Positions 17,440 through 24,087 of a stretch of DNA of 26,460 nucleotides are shown here, one piece after another. The notes under the pieces are model-generated. The model was not told the DNA's origin. It ran no database searches and worked only from the letters and a program-made list of their open reading frames with translations. This DNA comes from Verrucomicrobiota bacterium (lineage in GTDB: Bacteria > Verrucomicrobiota > Verrucomicrobiia > Chthoniobacterales > UBA6821): contig WBXG01000021.1 of assembly GCA_008932965.1 (NCBI GenBank), positions 1-26,460 on the forward strand. The letters are read 5' to 3'. Both the position numbers and the translations under genes were made by a program. Within the stretch, counting starts at the first letter, position 1, and each line of letters opens with the position of its first letter.

Positions 17440-17445
17440 TGCTGC

Positions 17446-18327
17446 TCACCAATACCCCCCTCCCTCAATCTCTTGCCAGCCAATAGGCCGCTCTTCTTCT
17501 AGAGGAGGAGACCATGCCGCATTCATTAATTTTTGAAACTTGGGATTGCCTCTCCAACGTCCACCACTAATTCCAAAAAACAATTGTGTTGCCCCTCCCA
17601 AATGAATGGCAATTTTTCCCATTTTTTTGATCATTGCTCCAAGCGGTAGTCCATAAGCACCGCATCCCAAGATAGCGACATCAAAACTTTCATTTTGAAC
17701 TTTTTTTTCTAAGAGCGTGAGTGCCTCAAACCACGAGGCGTATTCTATTTTATTATCGGGCACTGTTTGCGGCGCCTTCATGAGTTTCAACGTAAATTCA
17801 GGAAGCATTTTAGGATTACTAAAAATTTTTTCTCGAACAGTTGAGTATTGTTTTTCTATCGATGCTGTAAAAGGGTGGACCACAAGAACAGTTTTTCCTT
17901 CAAGCTGCTGCGACCAGGGATCGTCAAAAAAATAAGGCTCTAATGCTGGAAGTTCCGCTAATTTTGATTTTTTAGCGTACACTTTAATAAGCCATCCATG
18001 AAAAGGAGCATCCATGAGCCCGAAAAGGTCAGCATGAGCAATGGCATCCGAATAAGTAGCAGCAAATTTTTGGAGATGATCAGAGGTCATGGGAAATACT
18101 CCTGCTGGCGATCTTAACATCTTCTGCTCTTTTTCTGAAAGTGTTCCATCAAGCAAAATTTTTCCAGTACAATATCCTTCCACCCATCCTATGCGCCCAA
18201 TTAATGCAGGAGCATTTGTTTGAAGAATCTTAGCAATAGATTGATTGCACTCGTCTGGTGACAGCGTTGGAACAACCTTAATAGCAGCTTTCCGATTAAT
18301 ATAAAATTGACGCACTCTGTGAATCAT
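17446..18327 (-). CDS. Hypothetical glycan-locus protein, possibly a GT-D/DUF1792-like glycosyltransferase
   Basis: Long ORF. Segments LIGRIGWVEG, GKTVLVVHPFTASIEKQY and FDVAILGCGAYGLPLGAMIKKMGKIAIHLGGATQLFFGI loosely recall the DUF1792 layout. The assignment is tentative. The ORF-track start at 18381 is a TTG. The first ATG is at 18327 and still overlaps the upstream gene by 32 nt. Confidence 0.5.
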   Translation of the reverse strand: MIHRVRQFYINRKAAIKVVPTLSPDECNQSIAKILQTNAPALIGRIGWVEGYCTGKILLDGTLSEKEQKMLRSPAGVFPMTSDHLQKFAATYSDAIAHADLFGLMDAPFHGWLIKVYAKKSKLAELPALEPYFFDDPWSQQLEGKTVLVVHPFTASIEKQYSTVREKIFSNPKMLPEFTLKLMKAPQTVPDNKIEYASWFEALTLLEKKVQNESFDVAILGCGAYGLPLGAMIKKMGKIAIHLGGATQLFFGISGGRWRGNPKFQKLMNAAWSPPLEEERPIGWQEIEGGGYW

Positions 18328-19288
18328 AGAATTTTTTTTTAAAAAAACGCCATTGCCGCTGCTGCATCCAATATCGAACAATCATATTTCTCAAACTCCA
18401 AAATAAACGCTCTGGAATTTTTTGATGTTGTTGGATGTCCAAAATTTGATCAATGACATAATCAAAATAGACCTCATCTGCAAAAAATGTTTGATAAGCC
18501 TCGTGCGCCTTTTTTCCCATGTCGACATAGTCTTTTTCTCGTTGCTCAAGAATTTCATCCAGTTGATCCAAGTCTTTTTCTTTAACAATCACAGCAAACT
18601 CATCCCACTTGGGTCCTCGAGGCAAGATCCAGTCATCAGAAATAATCACAGGTGCCACTCCCATTTTCATCACTTCAAAAAGCCTAATGGAAGCACCACT
18701 GGTTCCCTTAGGACAAAGTGCAAATTTTGAAGCAGTCATGATTTCACAATATTTCTGCTGCTGCGGCAAGTGATCTTCTTTTCTGCTATGCGCATTAAAA
18801 TAGGAAGTTGAGTTTGCTACGAGCACATCATTCCTACTGGACTTTCTTTGAAATAATTGAAGACGAAGGGGAGAGCTGTCTTGACCAACAAATGAGTAGA
18901 AAAAAAATTTTGGCGAGGAGTAAGACTTGCCTGTGCACTGAGCAACAAATGGATTATGAACTTCCTTGGGGAAAAGATTGTAGGCCCCTGTTCTAAAACG
19001 GGACTGAAATTTTAAGCGCTTGTTGTTGGAAGTGTAAATACCATGCAACAGCGGCATCGGAATATCTCCATCAGCAACGACAAAGCACTTGCTAGGATCT
19101 ATAATATTTTCATTCTTGCGAAGATCCTCAAACCAATTTGGCCCACTAATATCACTAAGCAGAACAAGATCAGCTTCTTCAGCTTGCTGACACAGAGAAT
19201 GTTTTTGTGATGATAACATCCAAAGCTCTCTTAGCCTTTCATGCTGATATACCTTATCAGATGAAGCGCTGGTTAAAAAAATTTTCAT
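18296..19288 (-). CDS. Exostosin-family (GT47-like) glycosyltransferase
   Basis: 330 aa. SKFALCPKGTSGASIRLFEVMKMGVAPVIISDDWILP is a clear exostosin C-terminal motif. Confidence 0.72.
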   Translation of the reverse strand: MKIFLTSASSDKVYQHERLRELWMLSSQKHSLCQQAEEADLVLLSDISGPNWFEDLRKNENIIDPSKCFVVADGDIPMPLLHGIYTSNNKRLKFQSRFRTGAYNLFPKEVHNPFVAQCTGKSYSSPKFFFYSFVGQDSSPLRLQLFQRKSSRNDVLVANSTSYFNAHSRKEDHLPQQQKYCEIMTASKFALCPKGTSGASIRLFEVMKMGVAPVIISDDWILPRGPKWDEFAVIVKEKDLDQLDEILEQREKDYVDMGKKAHEAYQTFFADEVYFDYVIDQILDIQQHQKIPERLFWSLRNMIVRYWMQQRQWRFFKKKFYDSQSASILY

Positions 19289-19296
19289 TTCAATTG

Positions 19297-20085
19297 TTAC
19301 AAAAGTTGAAACTTAAAAATTCCTAACGCATATTTTTGGCATGCTAAAAATGCTATGTCTTTTGAGATATCCTTTGATTCTACGAGATCTCCTGCACTTA
19401 ATTTATCTCTTGTCAAAAAAGCAAAACTTTTTAACTCAAGCCCCAATTGCCCTGCCTCTTCAACAATGGTTTGAGGATTAAAAATACGATGCGCATTAAA
19501 GCAAACGCGTTCTGCTCCAATCGGTGTGGAAAGCCAAAGGGTTCCTCCTGGCGTTAGTATTTTTTTCAAACTCTCTAAACCTAACTTCCATCCTTCATCG
19601 TTGATTTGATCTCCATATCTTCCCAAGCCAAAATGCTCTAGCGTGTGCAAACAGGTCACACAATCGGCAACGTTTTCCCATTGTTGAGGCAAGTGAAAGA
19701 GATCGACTTGATGAAAAAGGACTCTTTCCACACAAATTGGAATTGGTCGAATATCCAGAACTTCGACATCTCGAGTGCATGCCAAATGAGCGATAAAGCC
19801 ATCTAGTCGAGAACCAACATCAATATGCTTTACGGGTGCAGCTTCAATAATTTTTTTCGCAACCCAAAGATCTTGCCAAAAATATTCGCCATGATTGCCC
19901 CCTTCCTCAAACCGATCTAATAATTTAGGATCGAAAATAATAGGCCATGAAGTTTGAGAGCGAAACTGTTTTAAAGATCTTAAATACCATGGCAAAGAAG
20001 TTATAGCTTTGATCATTCTTGCAGGCTGGCATTGGAGAGCTCCTAAAAGAAGCGACGCTTTAAATAGATAATATTTTAAGGACAT
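19297..20085 (-). CDS. Class I SAM-dependent methyltransferase-like protein (DUF268-like)
   Basis: 262 aa. HIDVGSRLDGFIAHLA (motif I-like), VEVLDIRP, DCVTCLHTLEHFGLGRYGD and LKKILTPGGTLWLSTPIG follow a methyltransferase-fold layout. The start ATG shares one nt with the upstream stop (TAATG). Confidence 0.65.
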   Translation of the reverse strand: MSLKYYLFKASLLLGALQCQPARMIKAITSLPWYLRSLKQFRSQTSWPIIFDPKLLDRFEEGGNHGEYFWQDLWVAKKIIEAAPVKHIDVGSRLDGFIAHLACTRDVEVLDIRPIPICVERVLFHQVDLFHLPQQWENVADCVTCLHTLEHFGLGRYGDQINDEGWKLGLESLKKILTPGGTLWLSTPIGAERVCFNAHRIFNPQTIVEEAGQLGLELKSFAFLTRDKLSAGDLVESKDISKDIAFLACQKYALGIFKFQLL

Positions 20086-20966
20086 TAGTTAATTTGAGAT
20101 AAGGCTTCTGCAACTTGAAAATCAGACCATTCCAAAGGTATGTTTTTATTTTGAATTATTCCTTGAGGAATGTTGTATAGAAAACTGGGCCATGAACTAA
20201 AAGTACTTTTTGGAGAAATAATATAATCACAAAGCTGAAGCAATGCTTGATCAACACCAATGGATTGATTTTCAAAAAACTCAAAAGGAAGTCCTTCAAA
20301 ATCTTGAAGGTTAATTTTTTCCTTAGTGATAAGCACAAAAGCAATAGTTCCTGAGCCTTGATGCGTTGCTAACAAATTTCTCATAGAGGCCGCATAAACC
20401 GCCTCTTCAAAATAATAAATCCCTCCTGCAAAAATTTTGTAGTCACCTTGTCGAATATGGACTGCAACAATTTTGTTTTTCTGAGAGGCAATCCCAGCTT
20501 GATTTAAAAGAGTTTGGGCTGTTTTAAGATATTTTGATTTCAGTCGAAAAATTCCTTGTAGCCTTTCTTTCATTTGTTCCTCTATTCCACCACACCAAAA
20601 AAAGAAACTTCCTTTTGTAAATAGCAATATTCGCCGAGAAGTCTCATTCATGACTTTTTCCAATCGCGAAAATTCTATAACTTTCGCTTTGTCTTGCTCC
20701 GGTGTGACCCTCCAAGAAATAACTCGCGGTGATACAGAAAGTTTTTTTTCTATTTTTTTAAGCCTTTGATTGTTGAGTAACCGAAGTGCCACAAAAAAAA
20801 GTGCCACAAAAAAATTTCTAGGGGCGTATAAGTAGCTGTATTGAAAAAAAGTTAAATCGAATAAGTAATACTTTTCTCTTTGCGCAAATGAAAAAAAACG
20901 AGCAAATCTAAAAAGGCGATTTCCAAGTTCTCCGTACTTTTCGGTGATAATAATAACTTTTTTCAA
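20085..20966 (-). CDS. Glycosyltransferase family 11-like (alpha-1,2-fucosyltransferase-like)
   Basis: 293 aa. N-terminal GELGNRLFRFA, VAVHIRQGDY (the HxRRGDY-type motif) and ISPKSTFSSWPSFL (STFSwW-type motif). The TTG start overlaps the upstream TGA (TTGA). Confidence 0.65.
   Translation of the reverse strand: MKKVIIITEKYGELGNRLFRFARFFSFAQREKYYLFDLTFFQYSYLYAPRNFFVALFFVALRLLNNQRLKKIEKKLSVSPRVISWRVTPEQDKAKVIEFSRLEKVMNETSRRILLFTKGSFFFWCGGIEEQMKERLQGIFRLKSKYLKTAQTLLNQAGIASQKNKIVAVHIRQGDYKIFAGGIYYFEEAVYAASMRNLLATHQGSGTIAFVLITKEKINLQDFEGLPFEFFENQSIGVDQALLQLCDYIISPKSTFSSWPSFLYNIPQGIIQNKNIPLEWSDFQVAEALSQIN
20786..20815. repeat. In-frame 15-bp tandem duplication inside the GT11-like gene
   Basis: GTGCCACAAAAAAAA (20786-20800) followed by GTGCCACAAAAAAAT (20801-20815). 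It encodes FFVAL-FFVAL on the minus strand. Confidence 0.85.
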
Positions 20967-21805
20967 AAGGGAATTTTGGACTTAATCCGCTTTATAAATC
21001 TGCTTAAAAAATTTTCTGAAGATTTTTTTTTCATCCAAGAACAGTGCCATAAATGACAACATATTGTATTGGCTTGAAAATAAGATTCCATCTTTCCCCC
21101 AAGAACTCTATCTCGAGGAAAATTAGGTAATGGATAAAAATAAGAATTAGGAAAAGCAACGATTGTATCCATGCTGGGAAGACATTTAAAAAATGCCCTT
21201 GTTGTATGATGCGGTCCAGTAGAGTCAATAATTTGCATCGCATCACCACTTAAAACTCCTTTTCGGAAATTCAAAAGTTCGCTAATCAAAGGATTATTAG
21301 GAGAAGACCCTATAATAGAGTTCGATAAATTAGGCTTTTGATCGTATACAATCCCAGCAAAAAAATCGCATCCTCTTAGCTCATCCAATGGTTTTACGAT
21401 AAAAAAATCTAAATCCAAATAGATACCGCCATATTTTTTAAGAATTTCACACCTCAAAATGTCTGACTTCTGACCCAAGTTAGATGCTTGATCAAAAACA
21501 TCCCTGTTTTCTAATTCAAAATCGATATTATCATTATTCCAAAGTTTGTACTCCCAGTCAGGATGGATCTGCTTTAATTTGCTCACAAAGTTTTGGCAAT
21601 TTTCCGGAGGATTTTCTCCTAACCATATTTGGTGAATGATTTTTGGTATTAATTCCTTTTTGTTGTTTTTGGCTCGAAAGGCTTCATATGACTTTTGAAG
21701 CAAATCCCATTGCTCCCGATTAATGCGATTCTGATATCCATGAGAAAACTTCATGGATGCATTAAACTCATTCTCGATACTCATTATATTATCTGCCATA
21801 AACAT
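20963..21805 (-). CDS. Glycosyltransferase with DXD sugar-binding region (GT32 / Gly_transf_sug type)
   Basis: 280 aa. IPKIIHQIWLGENPPE, HPDWEYKLWN and KSDILRCEILKKYGGIYLDLDF are typical of GT32. Alternative ATG starts lie at 21799 and 21784; the last removes the overlap with wzt. Confidence 0.72.
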   Translation of the reverse strand: MFMADNIMSIENEFNASMKFSHGYQNRINREQWDLLQKSYEAFRAKNNKKELIPKIIHQIWLGENPPENCQNFVSKLKQIHPDWEYKLWNNDNIDFELENRDVFDQASNLGQKSDILRCEILKKYGGIYLDLDFFIVKPLDELRGCDFFAGIVYDQKPNLSNSIIGSSPNNPLISELLNFRKGVLSGDAMQIIDSTGPHHTTRAFFKCLPSMDTIVAFPNSYFYPLPNFPRDRVLGGKMESYFQANTICCHLWHCSWMKKKSSENFLSRFIKRIKSKIPF

Positions 21806-22988
21806 TATTAAAACTTGTTACCGTCATGAGTTCTCGTTCATTAATTTTAAATTTTTTGATGGCTCCATCTGGATAAATTACCCACGATTCAAATGCGCCT
21901 GCTTTCATTAACCGGTCAATATTATTTTGAGCTTCAGCCTCTGTTCTATCTTTAGAAATAATAGAAATCACAATGTCAGGAGACCCACTCCATGTTGGTT
22001 CTGTTCGCATTGTTTTCATTCTTACTTGAGAAATCCAACCAATATCAATCGTAATAATTCCTTCTGTTGTTTCAATGGGAGTATTAAAAACTAATTCTCC
22101 ATCTGGAAGTTCTTGTAACAAATGTTTAGCAAGCAGTCCTACTTGAATCCCAACTCTACTATCAGGAACTCCCGGAATATAATTTTCAGCATGCGAAAGA
22201 TGAAGTGATTCTAAATATTTCGCTGTCGCTTCACGCGCCGTCCCATGAGCAACAAGCCGGCCTTCTTGCAAAAGGACACCATGGGTGCAGAGCTCCAGGA
22301 CACTTTGTGCGGAGTGACTCACAAAAAGAACGGTTGTCCCTGAGTCACGAATTTCAATGATGCGGTTGAGGCATTTTTCTTGAAATTTAGCATCCCCAAC
22401 CGCCAAAACTTCATCGAGGATCAAAATCTCAGGCTCTAAGTGCGCTGCCACTGCAAAAGCAAGTCGCACGCGCATCCCACTCGAATAGCGCTTCACCGGC
22501 GTCTCCATAAAATCAGGGATCTCGGCAAATTCCACAATGCGACCGTAGCGATCATTTATCTCTTTTTGCTTCAATCCAAGAATGCTTCCATTGAGATAAA
22601 CGTTTTCTTTTCCTGTCAGATCATAATTAAAACCGGTGCCAACTTCGAGCAAGCTGGCAATACGTCCTCGAATCGAGATTCTACCTTCTGTTGGCGCTGT
22701 GATGCGCGAAAGAAGTTTGAGCAGTGTCGATTTTCCAGAACCATTCCTTCCCATGATACCAACAACATCACCTTTTTTAATTTCTAAATTAATATCTTGA
22801 AGCGCCCAGAAATCATAAGGCGTCGGCATGCGATCTGTCTGATGATCAAAAACAGAGGCGTGTGGATCGGGTCGTCGCAATTTGCGAGCCACCCAACTTT
22901 CAATCTGATCGACAAGCATCTGCCTGCTGATAACGCCGAGCCGATATTTTTTTGACAAACTCTCTATTTTGATGACGACATCGTTCAT
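21789..22988 (-). CDS. wzt: Polysaccharide/O-antigen ABC exporter ATP-binding protein (Wzt/TagH type) with a C-terminal extension of about 135 aa
   Basis: Walker A GRNGSGKST, signature YSSGMRVRLAFAVA, Walker B ILILDEVLAVGD, H-loop FVSHS. The ATG at 22988 (MNDVVIKIESLSKKY) lies 5 nt after the wzm stop. The ORF-track start at 23012 is an overlapping TTG. Confidence 0.88.
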   Translation of the reverse strand: MNDVVIKIESLSKKYRLGVISRQMLVDQIESWVARKLRRPDPHASVFDHQTDRMPTPYDFWALQDINLEIKKGDVVGIMGRNGSGKSTLLKLLSRITAPTEGRISIRGRIASLLEVGTGFNYDLTGKENVYLNGSILGLKQKEINDRYGRIVEFAEIPDFMETPVKRYSSGMRVRLAFAVAAHLEPEILILDEVLAVGDAKFQEKCLNRIIEIRDSGTTVLFVSHSAQSVLELCTHGVLLQEGRLVAHGTAREATAKYLESLHLSHAENYIPGVPDSRVGIQVGLLAKHLLQELPDGELVFNTPIETTEGIITIDIGWISQVRMKTMRTEPTWSGSPDIVISIISKDRTEAEAQNNIDRLMKAGAFESWVIYPDGAIKKFKINERELMTVTSFNNVYGR

Positions 22989-22993
22989 ATAAA

Positions 22994-23881
22994 TTATAAA
23001 ATATCGACGCAATGTCGTTCGGTTTTATTAAACAAAAGCACTCCCACAAAAATTGTAATAATGCTTACAACAAAACTGATTGAAACTTCAAAAAGCGTGA
23101 CAGTTCCCTGCCCCATGAAGGCATAACGAAAAGCCTCGATGACCGAAACCATCGGATTCAGCAAATAAAGCGTACGAATTAGGCCCTCAGGAACAAGACT
23201 CAGAGGATAAACAACACAACTTCCATACATCCAAAGTTGGATAAAAAATCCGAGGAGAATTTGAAGATCCCGAAAGCGTGTGGTAATAGCAGAGATAAAG
23301 CAACCTACTCCGAGTCCGAGTGCTCCCATTTGTATCAATAAAATGGGAAGAACGATCACACGCCATCCCATGCTAATGGGTGCACCATGCCATGTATACC
23401 AAAGATAAAACCCAAGAAATAAGGCTAGCTGCATGCCGAATCCCACCAGGTTCACAATGAGCTGGGAGATGGGGACAACGAGCCTTGGAAAATAGACTTT
23501 GTCAAAGAGCGAGCTATTGGAAAGAAAGGTGGAGGCAGTTCCTGTCACACAGGCTGAAAAATAACTCCAACAAACCGTTCCTCCCATAAAGAAAAGGATA
23601 GGTGGAATCACTCCCGTAGAGATCCTTGCAATGTTAGAAAAAACGAGGGTGAACATCAGGCTTGTGAAGAGCGGTTGCATGATATACCAAAGCGATCCAA
23701 AAAAAGTCTGCTTATAGCGCGAGACGTAATCGCGATGAACCATGCGCATGATGAGCTCACGGTATTCCCAAATTTCCTTCCAGGGAATATGAAAAAGGTT
23801 CACACGAGGTACTATGATCGTCGTCCATGCTTCTTGATTGGAGTGTGTGGTTGTCGGATGAGAGGTCAAAATAGTTTTCAA
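22994..23881 (-). CDS. wzm: Polysaccharide/O-antigen ABC exporter permease (Wzm, ABC-2 type)
   Basis: 295 aa. WEYRELIMRMVHRDYVSRYKQTFFGSLWYIMQPLF is the typical ABC-2 N-terminal motif, followed by about six hydrophobic segments. The start is uncertain: TTG at 23881, with no in-frame ATG before residue 45. Confidence 0.85.
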   Translation of the reverse strand: MKTILTSHPTTTHSNQEAWTTIIVPRVNLFHIPWKEIWEYRELIMRMVHRDYVSRYKQTFFGSLWYIMQPLFTSLMFTLVFSNIARISTGVIPPILFFMGGTVCWSYFSACVTGTASTFLSNSSLFDKVYFPRLVVPISQLIVNLVGFGMQLALFLGFYLWYTWHGAPISMGWRVIVLPILLIQMGALGLGVGCFISAITTRFRDLQILLGFFIQLWMYGSCVVYPLSLVPEGLIRTLYLLNPMVSVIEAFRYAFMGQGTVTLFEVSISFVVSIITIFVGVLLFNKTERHCVDIL

Positions 23882-23940
23882 TGAGTGAAGTGAAAATGAG
23901 TTACGATTCTATCATCAAAGGGCAACGTCTGAAAAGGAGT

Positions 23941-24017
23941 TAACCCGGATATTTCATACTGATCGTTACGAGGAGGCTTCCCGGCTTCTGTTGGTAATCA
24001 GCATGCGATATCCAAGT
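23941..24017 (+). mobile_element. Copy G of the repeat family, a 77-bp mini form in the divergent wzm/GT2 promoter region
   Basis: TAACCCGGATATTTCATACTGATCGTTACGAGGAGGC joined directly to TTCCCGGCTTCTGTTGGTAATCAGCATGCGATATCCAAGTT. The left terminal repeat matches the family consensus and the right one is diverged. Confidence 0.8.
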
Positions 24018-24087
24018 TGGGACAAAAAATAGAAATTCATTGAGAATTGATGACAACAACTCTACGTTCCAGAGATTACCTTGCTGT

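Noticed and set aside
27-24017. The repeats as a CRISPR array or as att sites of an integrated island
   Set aside because: The copies are kilobases apart, vary in length, occur in both orientations and are internally palindromic with terminal inverted repeats. There is no regular repeat-spacer structure, and no cas, integrase or phage genes are in the window.
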